From an uncultured Clostridia bacterium (GTDB lineage Bacteria; Bacillota; Clostridia; Oscillospirales; CAG-272), in assembly GCA_946410595.1 (NCBI GenBank), contig CAMKAU010000001.1, forward strand, positions 10,267 to 74,266: 64,000 nt of DNA, written 5' to 3'. The translations under genes and the position numbers were made by a program. How positions within the stretch are numbered: the first letter of the stretch is position 1; each line of letters opens with the position of its first letter. The notes under the pieces were generated by a model, which searched no databases, had not been told where the DNA came from, and was given only the letters and a program-made list of their open reading frames with translations. Below, piece by piece: positions 25,814 to 36,340 of the stretch.

Positions 25814-26509
25814 ATGGAACACAACGTCAAACGCAACAAAAAGTATTTTGAACAAAAAAAGACCTCGCCTCTGATGATCGTGGGGATCGTCTTTGCCGCG
25901 ATCGCGGTCTTTCTTCTCCTTTTCCCGCAGATCCTCGGTGAGATCGGCGTCTACGTCACCCTCGTCGCCTCCGTCGCAGCGATCGTGCTGATCCTCGTCG
26001 CCTCCAGCAAAACCGTCCGCGACGACGAGATCGAGCTGCAGCGCACGCAGCTGATGCGGGAGCTTGATCACAGCCTGACCCAGATCTGCCGCCTCTCCAA
26101 AGGCGAGCGCGAAGAGGAGCGGCACCTCGTCTGCGGCTACGACTTTTCCAAACCGGACGTGCACTTCTTCCGCACCGAGGAAGGCGGCGACCGCTGCCAG
26201 TACATTTACGCCGGCGCGTTTATGGTGACGAACATCCACTTCTTCGTCGTCCTCAAGGAGTACAATCTCTGGGAGGAAGAAGAACCGAAGGAAACGGTCT
26301 GGAGCTTCCAGAACCGTACGATGCGCGGCTTCGAGCTCAAGCGCGAGACCTTCAAGTTCGGCGAGCGCAGCGTGGAGATGGTCTTCGGCGATATTTTTGA
26401 CGACGCCGGCAAGCATATCCTCCTCCCGCTCCAGAACGACGCGGAGATCGACAACGTCACGAACCGCCTGAATAAAAAGTTCAAGCGCAACGCACAGAGC
26501 GCCTTCTGA
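25814..26509 (+). CDS. Hypothetical membrane protein (two N-terminal TM helices plus ~150-aa soluble domain)
   Basis: 231-aa ORF bracketed by its own promoter-like and terminator signals. No catalytic motif recognised. Confidence 0.75.
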   Translation: MEHNVKRNKKYFEQKKTSPLMIVGIVFAAIAVFLLLFPQILGEIGVYVTLVASVAAIVLILVASSKTVRDDEIELQRTQLMRELDHSLTQICRLSKGEREEERHLVCGYDFSKPDVHFFRTEEGGDRCQYIYAGAFMVTNIHFFVVLKEYNLWEEEEPKETVWSFQNRTMRGFELKRETFKFGERSVEMVFGDIFDDAGKHILLPLQNDAEIDNVTNRLNKKFKRNAQSAF

Positions 26510-26522
26510 TCCCGGATCTAAC

Positions 26523-26557
26523 GAAAGCAGACGAAAAAACGTCTGCTTTCTTTTTTT
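26523..26557 (+). terminator. Intrinsic terminator
   Basis: 11-bp stem gaaagcagacg/cgtctgctttc, loop A6, then T7. Confidence 0.8.
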
Positions 26558-26618
26558 GCCCGGCGGGCGCCCCCCCGCCGGAAACGTTTGTATTTTGTTT
26601 GTTTTTTTACGGGAACGC

Positions 26619-26647
26619 TTGCAAAGACCGCCTTCTTCCGTTATACT
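26619..26647 (+). promoter_or_regulatory. Promoter of the zinc-ribbon / giant protein operon
   Basis: TTGCAA (26619-26624), 17 nt, TATACT (26642-26647). Confidence 0.65.
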
Positions 26648-26692
26648 GTACCATAGATGATTATAACTTCTTATCAAAAGGAGGCGATCCTG

Positions 26693-27712
26693 TTGTTTTG
26701 TCCCAAATGCGGCAAGGCGGTGAAGGAGGGTGAGCCCTTCTGCGCCGGCTGCGGCAGCCCGCTCGAAGAAAGCGCTCCCGCGAAAAGTGCGTGCACGGCG
26801 GAATCCTCCCCCGCGGCAGACGCCGCGAAAGATCCCGGCGCCGGGGCGCGGCGGCTCCGCACGGCGGCGGCCGGTCTCCCCAACGCGGCGGCGGCTGCTC
26901 TGACCGGTCAGCTCGCGTCCTCTCAGCCGGGCGAGGCCGTTCTCGGCGATGTCGGAACGCTGTCCGACTCCGTTTCCTCCGCCGAAGGCGTCCTCAACCC
27001 CTTCAAAACGGTGCTGGCCGGGATCCGCTCCCTTTGGAAAAACGCCGTCGGACTCTTCCGGAACAAGCAATGGATCAAACTTGCGGTCGCCGGCGTGATC
27101 GCCGTTGCCTGGGTCGTTCTGATGATCCTCTCCCGCGCCGGGATCAAGGTCGGCGTGCTGAACTGGCTCACCTTTGCGCAGGGCGGCGCCGGGCGCGGCG
27201 TGCTCGGGTGGATCGGGAGTCTGCTTGGGAAAACAACGGTGGCGACGATGTTCTTTTCCCTCTTTTCGGGCGGCTTCCGGTCGCTCGGGAGCGGCGTCCG
27301 CCGGCTCTTTTCCCAAAATAACTTCAAAGGGGATAATCTCGGCGCGTTCCTCCTCGGAGCCGGCGGCGCCCTTGCCGTCTATCAGTTCTTTGCGGGCAGC
27401 GCGGCGTGGACCGACGGAATGGCGGCGATCTCCGGCGCGATCCTGTCCCTTACGGCGCTTGGACGGAGCGGCGGATTCCTCTTTACTTTCGCGCGCTCCC
27501 TGACGGCGAAAGCGGCGGGCAAGGCGCGCTTGCCGCAAACGGAAAAGGCAAACGGCCTGCTCTCCGGCATGAGCTGCGGCTTTACGCTCGGCGCGCTCGT
27601 CTCGCTGATCCCGTTCGGCTGGACGCCGGTGATCCTCGGCGGCGCCTGCCTTGCCGCGGGGCTTGTGATGACCGCCCTGTCCGGCCGGAAAAAGGAGGTG
27701 AGCGCGGCATGA
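26693..27712 (+). CDS. Zinc-ribbon domain polytopic membrane protein
   Basis: CPKCG...FCAGCG zinc ribbon at the N-terminus, an Ala/Pro-rich linker, then several Gly/Ala-rich TM segments. GGAGG (26680-26684) is 8 nt before TTG 26693. The track ATG 26657 would be almost leaderless. Confidence 0.8.
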   Translation: MFCPKCGKAVKEGEPFCAGCGSPLEESAPAKSACTAESSPAADAAKDPGAGARRLRTAAAGLPNAAAAALTGQLASSQPGEAVLGDVGTLSDSVSSAEGVLNPFKTVLAGIRSLWKNAVGLFRNKQWIKLAVAGVIAVAWVVLMILSRAGIKVGVLNWLTFAQGGAGRGVLGWIGSLLGKTTVATMFFSLFSGGFRSLGSGVRRLFSQNNFKGDNLGAFLLGAGGALAVYQFFAGSAAWTDGMAAISGAILSLTALGRSGGFLFTFARSLTAKAAGKARLPQTEKANGLLSGMSCGFTLGALVSLIPFGWTPVILGGACLAAGLVMTALSGRKKEVSAA

Positions 27713-30700
27713 AACGAGGTTTCGTCTGTTTGCTGGCGGCGCTCGTTCTGGTCCCTTTCCTCGCGCTCGCCGTATCCGCCGCGATCGACCCCTCCCCCTA
27801 TCTGAACGACAGCGGATACCGGGTCACGCTCGGCGGCTTCCAGCGCACCTTTGAAGAACATCTGCGCCCCGGCGCGGATCATTCCTACGTCACCAATATC
27901 AAGATCGAAAAATACGATGAAGAAAAGCAGGATTTCGTCGATTTCCAGAAACAGAGGATCGAGATCCACGTCCCGGAGCTGAACAAGCTCTTCTTTAACG
28001 GGACCGCGACGGAATGGACCAAGTCGGTAAACGCCGACGGCGCCGTGACAAAAGACGAAAAGAAGGTAAACGATCGGGAAAACAGCTGGACCTACGACCT
28101 TCGCACCGGCCGGCAGGTCTACGTGGAAGGCAGCTTTACCGGATCCTATTACAACGCGGCGAACTTTGAGTTTACGATCAAAAACGTCCGTTATCAGGTC
28201 TACAATCTCCAGAGCGAGCATCCGACCATCGAGGCGTACGCCGACAGTGTCCACTGGCAGCACGGCGAAAACGACACCTACCGGAGATCGGTCGAGAAAA
28301 AAGGAAACGCGACCGTCGTTACGCTTTACAACGGCGGCGCGGAAGACGACTGGGAAGGAACAACCGAGTTCGGGTATTACGATTATTTCGTGACAAACGA
28401 CGCCGGCATCGTGCAGCGGCGGGAGTCCGCCAATCTTCCCTATCATCAGGTCCACCGTTACCTGAACCGGGGCCAGGCCTGGTGGTTCTATCCCGTCAGC
28501 GGCCTGCCGTCGTACTATTTCGTGATCATGTACGATTTTTCCTACCTCTACTCGACCGAGGTCCCCGAGGACTCGGACAAGATCCTTCCGGAGCTCAAAA
28601 GCTTTGAAGAGGATTACGCCAAAGCGAAAAAGGCGTGGGACGAGGCGATGGCGGAGCTGGAAGCGGTCACGATCCATACGACCGGCGGTCCGATCGTAAC
28701 CCCCGAGGGCGAGGTCGAAGACCCGAACGCCGACAGCAAAAAGACCGACGTGACCGTCGACACCCCCGCGGGGACGACCGCGGGCGAGGACGCGGGCACG
28801 ACGATCCCGGCGATCATCATTCTCGGCACGCTCGGCGCCGCCGCTGCCCTCGCGGGCGCGGCGGGCGGAGAGAGCGGCGAGGACGACAAAAAGAAGCGCT
28901 CGCAGTTCCGGATGTACGTAAGCAAGAACTTCGGCGCCGCGCTCAAAAAGGGCGCGCCGCCGCAGGAGGTCTACGCGCGCATCGCCGAGATCACCCCGGA
29001 GGGACGGGAGATCCCCCGCCCCGATCTGACAGAGGAGATACGGGTCTATTCCTCCGACGATTCGCTCATCGTCAAGGACGGCGGCACGGTCAACGGCCGC
29101 CGCCGCGCGCTCGTGAGCGTTTATGACGAAGCGGAGCCGAGGGCGGAAGGCAAGGTCAGCTTCTATTTTGAAGGGGAGGGCGGTTCCTTCACGGAGAACG
29201 TCATCTTCAACATTGAAGTTCCGGGCATCAAGTTCTTCCAGGAGAACCTCACATTGCCCGCGGGAGAGCTCGACGAGCCGGAGTTCCTGCCTTTTGAAGT
29301 GTCCGGCATGGGCGAGAAGTATTCGATCGACCTTTCCTACCGCGGCGAGCACTACGAGATCGGCCTGACCGACTGCGACGATCCCGAAAGGACCGAGATC
29401 CACTACGCCGTCTTCATGGAAAAGGACAAAGAGACCTACGAAGCAGGCGTCTACACCGAGGGCGTTCTGAACGTCACCGTCAAAAACGACGCGCAGGAGC
29501 TGAAAGGATCGATCAAAATCATCCGGATGGGCATGGGCCTCTGCGTTCCGATCAAAGCCGTCAACTGCTACCGCGTTCCGAAAAAGACGTCCGCGGGCAA
29601 GGAAATGAAGGATATGACCCCCGCCGACTTTGAGACTTCGGTCACGGACGCGCCCGCGTTCCTGCTCCGGTACGACGCGGAAAACCATCGCGTCTGCCAG
29701 AGCGCGGCGTTCCCGACCTTTACCTTTATGCCGCTCGAGAGCGAAACGGAGGAAAAGAAAAAGCAGATCGCCGACGCGCTGGCGCAGGTGAAGATCACCC
29801 CGAAACTGACAAAAGTCGAAGAAGACGTCTGCCGCTACGCGCTCGTGTGCGAGGGCGGGTTCCTCGACGCGCCCGCGCGTTACGTCGTCCGGATGACATG
29901 CGAGACAGAAGCGCCCGCCGGCGAAACCGCGGACGGAAAGAACGCGGGGACCGAGCGGTACGTGTTTGCGCGGGACGTTCTGCTGCGCTCGCAGCCCTCG
30001 CGCGTGGTCGCGGGGGTACGGGAAAACCACGAGATCTACAAGTACGACGATCAGATCTCCGAGATGCTCTTCAGCATCAAAAAGACCGTCTTTGAGAACT
30101 TTTTAAATCAGCTCTTCCCGCTCTACAACATGATCGACCGCATGGTCATGGGCTACGACAAGGCCTACGGATATGATCCCTACCAGGTCGCCAAGGTTGT
30201 GGACGTGTGGGAACGCTTCCAGTCCGGCGCGCTGAAGGGCATCGGCTCCGAGGTGAACCAATACGGCGTCGCCGACGAGCTGGAGGCGCTGGCCGCCGCG
30301 ACAAGGAGCTGGGACGGCTGGCAGGGGATCGTGCTCCGTCTGTCGCTCGACATTATGACGGGCGGCGCCTCGGAGGTCGTTATGGTCGCCCTCGACATGA
30401 ACCGCGCCGCGATGGATTACCGGAAGGAAACGGGCGGCCGGGGATCGGTCTTCGGCACCTTCAAGGCGGCTGCGATCCCGCTGGTCTTCGCCGTCGGCTT
30501 CGGCGCGGCCGCCGCCTTCGGCCGCGGCGCGTCGAGCGCGGCGGGCAAAGCGGTCAAAAAGCTGATGCCCAAAAAGGGTCCGGCTCTGCTCCAGAAGATC
30601 CAGACCGTCAAAAATACCGCGAAGGAAATGGCGGCGCTGGCCGCTCAGGACGCGAAAAACGCGGTGGGCTATGTTGTATCGAAGATCCCGCAGGGCGCGA

Positions 30701-32145
30701 AGAACGCCAGCGCGAAGATCGGCGAGATGCTGAACGCCGTTGTGGAAAAGGTGGACAGATTCGACCCGAGGATTTCCGTCCCGAAGGCGAAGAACGCCAC
30801 GAGCGTTGTCAGCGCCAACGTAACGAAGGGGAACGCCGCGGGCGACGCCGTGATCGAGCAGGCAAGGATCGCGCCGAAGACGATCCGGGAAAAATGCATC
30901 GACGCCGCCGGGCAGGCGACCGGCAAGGAAGGCGAGATCCTCTACAACGAGATGATCGCCGCCAAGAAAGCGCTGCAGGCGAATCCGACAAGCGGCGCGG
31001 CGCAGATCCGCTACAATCAGGCGATGATGGAGTTCAAGGCAAGTCACGCCGCCATCGAGCACGCGAACGCCGTTCTCCCCGGCGAGCAGCTCCCCATGCG
31101 GGCGATGATCAACGAGGATATCGAAAAGACCTTCGCCTCGCGCGTGGAAGAAAAGTTCCGGGAGAAGATCGCAAACAAATACAACATCGATCCGGCGACC
31201 GTCCGCTTCGACCGCGCCACCGCGAACAAAAACGCGGCGGTAAAGTTCGGCCGCGATATCGACTGGACGCCGAAGGTCGTTACCGAAAAAGGCGGCACGA
31301 AATACGTCAGCCAGGCGACCGCGGACGAGTTTTTGGAGCAGTCGGTCCGCGAGACGATCGAGGAGACCTGCGGCAAGGATTATGCAAAGAAGTTCGCGGA
31401 AAACGGCAAGTTCGCCCGCAAGCTCGACCAGACGGCCTGCACCGTGCAGAACAAAGACTACTTTGCGGGCGGTCTCGACACGGTCGAGCAGGTGACGAAG
31501 GTCGGGCGTATGGGCGAATACATGGAGCCCGAAAAGGCGCGCGGCGTGGCCGATACCCTACGCTATAAGGGCGCGCATCCGTACGCCGAGGGCGCAAAGC
31601 TGGAGAAGGAGGTCCTATCCGGTCTTTCGGACAAGGAGGCCGGCGCCCTGATGAAAGAGCTGGAAAGCTACGCGGCCGCCGACGCCGGCGTCGCGAAGAC
31701 GATTCCGCTTTCCGAAAACGCGAAAAAGCTGAAGGAAGCGTACGCCCTGATGGAGGAAGGAATGTATCAGCCCGCCAAATACGGCAAAAACCTCACCGAA
31801 AAGGAGTGGGTCGCCCTCCAGAACGGCTACAGCGAAACGCTCACGGGTCAGGATTTCGTCAACGCGCGGATCCTTGACCGCGGCAGCGGACAGACGATGA
31901 AGTCCGGCGTACTGGCGCCGGGCACGGCGCAGACCGGCGAGCGGATCACGCTCTCCGAAGCACGCAAGGCGTGCGAGCTGAACGGCAGCACACTCGACGC
32001 CGCGATCGGCGGCGTCGGAGACGGCTTCGAGAAGATCAACGCCAAGCTCCGCTTCGGCTCCGGCTCGCAGATCAAAAACGCCGTCAACGTCGGCGGCAGG
32101 CTCGGAAACGCGATAAACAAACTCGACGCCCGCAGCGACAGCTGA
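27709..32145 (+). CDS. Orphan giant protein, 1478 aa: signal peptide, ~340-aa aromatic-rich ectodomain, TM helix, ~1090-aa C-terminal region
   Basis: ATG 27709 overlaps the upstream TGA (ATGA). The N-terminus MKRGFVCLLAALVLVPFLALAVSA is a signal peptide. TM segment IPAIIILGTLGAAAALAGAAGG spans ~aa 365-387 and is followed by DDKKKR. A second hydrophobic stretch lies at ~aa 917-938. The track ORF start at 27406 is upstream in-frame read-through. Confidence 0.85.
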   Translation: MKRGFVCLLAALVLVPFLALAVSAAIDPSPYLNDSGYRVTLGGFQRTFEEHLRPGADHSYVTNIKIEKYDEEKQDFVDFQKQRIEIHVPELNKLFFNGTATEWTKSVNADGAVTKDEKKVNDRENSWTYDLRTGRQVYVEGSFTGSYYNAANFEFTIKNVRYQVYNLQSEHPTIEAYADSVHWQHGENDTYRRSVEKKGNATVVTLYNGGAEDDWEGTTEFGYYDYFVTNDAGIVQRRESANLPYHQVHRYLNRGQAWWFYPVSGLPSYYFVIMYDFSYLYSTEVPEDSDKILPELKSFEEDYAKAKKAWDEAMAELEAVTIHTTGGPIVTPEGEVEDPNADSKKTDVTVDTPAGTTAGEDAGTTIPAIIILGTLGAAAALAGAAGGESGEDDKKKRSQFRMYVSKNFGAALKKGAPPQEVYARIAEITPEGREIPRPDLTEEIRVYSSDDSLIVKDGGTVNGRRRALVSVYDEAEPRAEGKVSFYFEGEGGSFTENVIFNIEVPGIKFFQENLTLPAGELDEPEFLPFEVSGMGEKYSIDLSYRGEHYEIGLTDCDDPERTEIHYAVFMEKDKETYEAGVYTEGVLNVTVKNDAQELKGSIKIIRMGMGLCVPIKAVNCYRVPKKTSAGKEMKDMTPADFETSVTDAPAFLLRYDAENHRVCQSAAFPTFTFMPLESETEEKKKQIADALAQVKITPKLTKVEEDVCRYALVCEGGFLDAPARYVVRMTCETEAPAGETADGKNAGTERYVFARDVLLRSQPSRVVAGVRENHEIYKYDDQISEMLFSIKKTVFENFLNQLFPLYNMIDRMVMGYDKAYGYDPYQVAKVVDVWERFQSGALKGIGSEVNQYGVADELEALAAATRSWDGWQGIVLRLSLDIMTGGASEVVMVALDMNRAAMDYRKETGGRGSVFGTFKAAAIPLVFAVGFGAAAAFGRGASSAAGKAVKKLMPKKGPALLQKIQTVKNTAKEMAALAAQDAKNAVGYVVSKIPQGAKNASAKIGEMLNAVVEKVDRFDPRISVPKAKNATSVVSANVTKGNAAGDAVIEQARIAPKTIREKCIDAAGQATGKEGEILYNEMIAAKKALQANPTSGAAQIRYNQAMMEFKASHAAIEHANAVLPGEQLPMRAMINEDIEKTFASRVEEKFREKIANKYNIDPATVRFDRATANKNAAVKFGRDIDWTPKVVTEKGGTKYVSQATADEFLEQSVRETIEETCGKDYAKKFAENGKFARKLDQTACTVQNKDYFAGGLDTVEQVTKVGRMGEYMEPEKARGVADTLRYKGAHPYAEGAKLEKEVLSGLSDKEAGALMKELESYAAADAGVAKTIPLSENAKKLKEAYALMEEGMYQPAKYGKNLTEKEWVALQNGYSETLTGQDFVNARILDRGSGQTMKSGVLAPGTAQTGERITLSEARKACELNGSTLDAAIGGVGDGFEKINAKLRFGSGSQIKNAVNVGGRLGNAINKLDARSDS

Positions 32146-32180
32146 CGGCCGCCGGCCGCGACAAAAAGCGAATACGTCAG

Positions 32181-32216
32181 AAAACCCCGGTTCGGTTGAT
32201 ACCGAACCGGGGTTTT
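32181..32216. terminator. Bidirectional terminator between giant gene and groEL
   Basis: 15-bp stem aaaaccccggttcgg/ccgaaccggggtttt. Confidence 0.8.
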
Positions 32217-32278
32217 CTGCTGTTTTCGGCTCCCTTCCCTTGCGGGTCGGACCGCCGGGATCCGTCCCTTCGACAGGA

Positions 32279-33913
<1,635 letters not shown>

Positions 33914-33934
33914 TTACCTCCTGATTGATCCGAT

Positions 33935-34219
33935 TCAGTCTACGATCGCCAGAATGTCGTTCTGTCTGACGATGCTGTATTCCTCGCCGTCCACCTTGAC
34001 CTCGGTGCCGGCGTACTTGCTGCAGATGACCTTATCCCCGACCTTGACGGTCATTTTGATCTCTTTGCCGTCAACGATCCCGCCGGGGCCGACAGCCACG
34101 ACCTCGGCAAACTGCGGCTTCTCCTTGGCGGTATCGGGAAGCAGAAGACCGCCCTTGGTGGTCTCTTCCGCTTCCGTCGCTTTTACGACGACTCTGTCTG
34201 CAAGCGGTTTCAGTTTCAT
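33935..34219 (-). CDS. groES: Co-chaperonin GroES
   Basis: [13 protein letters not shown] start at 34219. 94 aa. The track ORF start at 34285 runs into the CIRCE element. Confidence 0.98.
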   Translation of the reverse strand: MKLKPLADRVVVKATEAEETTKGGLLLPDTAKEKPQFAEVVAVGPGGIVDGKEIKMTVKVGDKVICSKYAGTEVKVDGEEYSIVRQNDILAIVD

Positions 34220-34265
34220 GTTGTTCCTCCTATGCTCTTTTCCGTTGCCGGAATATTTACTTGGT

Positions 34266-34292
34266 TTAGCACTCGTTTTATCCAAGTGCTAA
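34266..34292 (-). promoter_or_regulatory. CIRCE (HrcA operator) inverted repeat
   Basis: TTAGCACTC-N9-AAGTGCTAA, one mismatch to the TTAGCACTC-N9-GAGTGCTAA consensus. Lies between the groES promoter and start. Confidence 0.85.
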
Positions 34293-34303
34293 TCACGGTA
34301 CTT

Positions 34304-34332
34304 ATTTTACACGCCTCCTCCGAAAAAATCAA
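34304..34332 (-). promoter_or_regulatory. groES-groEL sigma-A promoter
   Basis: Minus strand: TTGATT, 17 nt, TAAAAT, immediately upstream of CIRCE. Confidence 0.7.
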
Positions 34333-34519
34333 GTCTTTTTTCCTATTTTTTTGAAAATTCATAAATCTTTCACAAAGTAAATTTGCAATGCGGGTGCCCG
34401 TCTGCTGATTTTTTCCTTTTTCCTCCCAAAAGCGCCCTTTTTCGCCGATCCTGCGCCCGTCTTTTTTCCTCCTTTCCTTCATAAACTGAACGGAACCCCC
34501 CGGAAAGGAGGCAAAACCG

Positions 34520-35983
34520 ATGCTTGCCGGAGCGATCAACCGTTCTTTTTTTGCCGCGGCCGTCCCCCTCTGTCTGATCCTCTGCTCGCTTTGGCTTCTC
34601 CTGCGGGCCGGGCTGTTTCCGATCTTTTCCCCGCGGGTGATCCGCTTTGCTCTTTCCGGGCGGGAGGAGGGGGGCGGCACCTCCCCGCTCTCCGCGCTCT
34701 TTTCCGCGCTGTCCGGCACGCTGGGGGTCGGCAATCTCTCCGGCGTGGCGCTCGCCCTCTCCGCCGGGGGCGCGGGCGCGGTCTTCTGGATGTGGGTGTC
34801 CGCGTTTTTCGCCTCCGTCCTCAAATACGCGGAGATCGCGCTTGCCGTCGCCTTCCGGCGTTTTGAGCGGGGCAAGCCCCACGGGGGCGCGCCCCTCTAT
34901 CTCGCCGCCGCGTTCCCGGGACGGGCCGGGCGCGTCCTCTCCCTCCTTTTTACCGCGTGCTGCGTCGGGAGCGCCCTCTTTCTCGGCAGCGGGGTGCAGT
35001 CGCTTGCCGCGGCGGAGATGGCGGAAGCGTCCTATTCCCTCTCCCCGGTCTTCTCGGGGCTCCTCTTTTCGCTTTTTACGGCGCTCGCCCTCTCGGAGAA
35101 CGCGGGGCGCCTTTCCGCCGTAACGGGACGGCTTGTCCCGCTTCTGACCGTTTTCTATCTTTTCGTTACTCTGCGGATCCTCTTTTCCCATCTCCCTCTC
35201 CTGCCTGCGCTCTTTTCCCGGATCCTTTGCGGCGCCTTCACCTTTCCCGCCGCCGCGGGCGGGTGCGGGGGCTTTTTCCTTTCCCGGGCGGTACGCTACG
35301 GCTTCGTACGGGGACTCGTTTCCAACGAGGCGGGCTGCGGGACCGCCCCCTTTGCGCACGCGGCCGCAAATCAGAAGTTCCCCGCCGCCCAGGGGATCTG
35401 GGGGATCGCCGAGGTCTTTGTCGACACCCCGCTTTTCTGCACGCTGACCGCTCTCACGCTTCTCCTCGCCTTTGAGGGCGAGGTGCCGGACGGGACGGGG
35501 ATGGGGCTGGTCTTTCTCGCGTTTTCCCGCCTGATCGGGGGTCTGTCCCGTCCCTTTCTCACCGCGGCGGTCTTCTTGTTCGCTTACGGGACCTCCGTCT
35601 GCCAGGCGTATTACGGGTGCGAGGCGCTCTTTCTCGTCGGCGCGCGGAAAAGAGCCCGGCGGGCGTTCCTCTTTTGTTTTCTCCTCGTCGCGTTCGCCTC
35701 GCCCCTGCTGCCCGCTTCCCTCTTGTGGGAGTACGCGGATTTCTTCTGCTCCGCCATGCTCTGCCTTAACACCTTCGCCCTCTTCTTCCTCGCCGGGAAA
35801 ACGCGCTCGCTGACGCGGGAGCTTCTCGCGGCGGTCAGCGCGGAGAGATCAGCGAGGAAAAAAGCCCGGCGCACCGCCCGGTCCGCTCCTCCGGCACCAG
35901 AACGGTCCAGCCGATCTCCGAGCGCGAAACGCCGAAAAAGGGGATCTCCGCCTCCCCGAGAAACGCGAGAGCCCGTTCGCTGA
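34520..35983 (+). CDS. Alanine/glycine:cation symporter (AGCS) family amino acid carrier
   Basis: LGVGNLSGVALALSAGGAGAVFWMW signature. AAGGAGG lies 8 nt upstream. The Arg-rich C-terminal tail overlaps the convergent ACT gene. Confidence 0.88.
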   Translation: MLAGAINRSFFAAAVPLCLILCSLWLLLRAGLFPIFSPRVIRFALSGREEGGGTSPLSALFSALSGTLGVGNLSGVALALSAGGAGAVFWMWVSAFFASVLKYAEIALAVAFRRFERGKPHGGAPLYLAAAFPGRAGRVLSLLFTACCVGSALFLGSGVQSLAAAEMAEASYSLSPVFSGLLFSLFTALALSENAGRLSAVTGRLVPLLTVFYLFVTLRILFSHLPLLPALFSRILCGAFTFPAAAGGCGGFFLSRAVRYGFVRGLVSNEAGCGTAPFAHAAANQKFPAAQGIWGIAEVFVDTPLFCTLTALTLLLAFEGEVPDGTGMGLVFLAFSRLIGGLSRPFLTAAVFLFAYGTSVCQAYYGCEALFLVGARKRARRAFLFCFLLVAFASPLLPASLLWEYADFFCSAMLCLNTFALFFLAGKTRSLTRELLAAVSAERSARKKARRTARSAPPAPERSSRSPSAKRRKRGSPPPRETREPVR

Positions 35984-36263
35984 AGTCGGGATCCTCCAGT
36001 CCGAGCCCGAAGATGGTCACGGCGCCGCACGCCCTCGTTTCCGCGACCGGCATCCGACCGGCAAGGATCCGCGCCCCGCAGGGAGGGAGCGCGCAGGAGA
36101 GTTCCCCGCTGCGCCAGAGAAAGAGAACGGAGGAGAGCGCCCCCGCCGCAGCCGCTGCTTCCCCGAGCCGCTCCTCCGGCATCCTCCCCCGCAGTAAAAT
36201 CAGCGGTTTTTTGACTATGACTCCGCCCGCCTTCCAACCGAAGCTCCTCGTTTTTTCCTGCAC
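35835..36263 (-). CDS. ACT-domain protein (ACT_7-like, ~140 aa)
   Basis: Pattern ELSCALP...AVTIFGLGLEDPDF...AEIPFFGVSRSEIGWTVLVPEE matches small stand-alone ACT proteins. GTG start is uncertain. Confidence 0.65.
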   Translation of the reverse strand: MQEKTRSFGWKAGGVIVKKPLILLRGRMPEERLGEAAAAAGALSSVLFLWRSGELSCALPPCGARILAGRMPVAETRACGAVTIFGLGLEDPDFSERALAFLGEAEIPFFGVSRSEIGWTVLVPEERTGRCAGLFSSLISPR

Positions 36264-36340
36264 GCCGCTCCCCCCTTTTATATTGACAGACTATGCGCCG
36301 TATGCTAAAATGTTTCTATCTATCAAACGAGGATACCGTT

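Noticed and set aside
23048-27538. ORFs 23048-24517 (+), 24469-25594 (-, two frames) and 25790-27538 (-), opposite prfB, spoIVB and the membrane/zinc-ribbon genes.
   Set aside because: Antisense shadows. The sense-strand genes carry clear family motifs or signal/TM features, and their promoters and terminators fit the sense orientation.
27406-27708. The ORF-track start of the giant ORF at 27406 (an extra 101 aa).
   Set aside because: The extension overlaps the zinc-ribbon gene in another frame and is Arg-rich. ATG 27709 gives a textbook signal peptide and an ATGA junction with the upstream stop.
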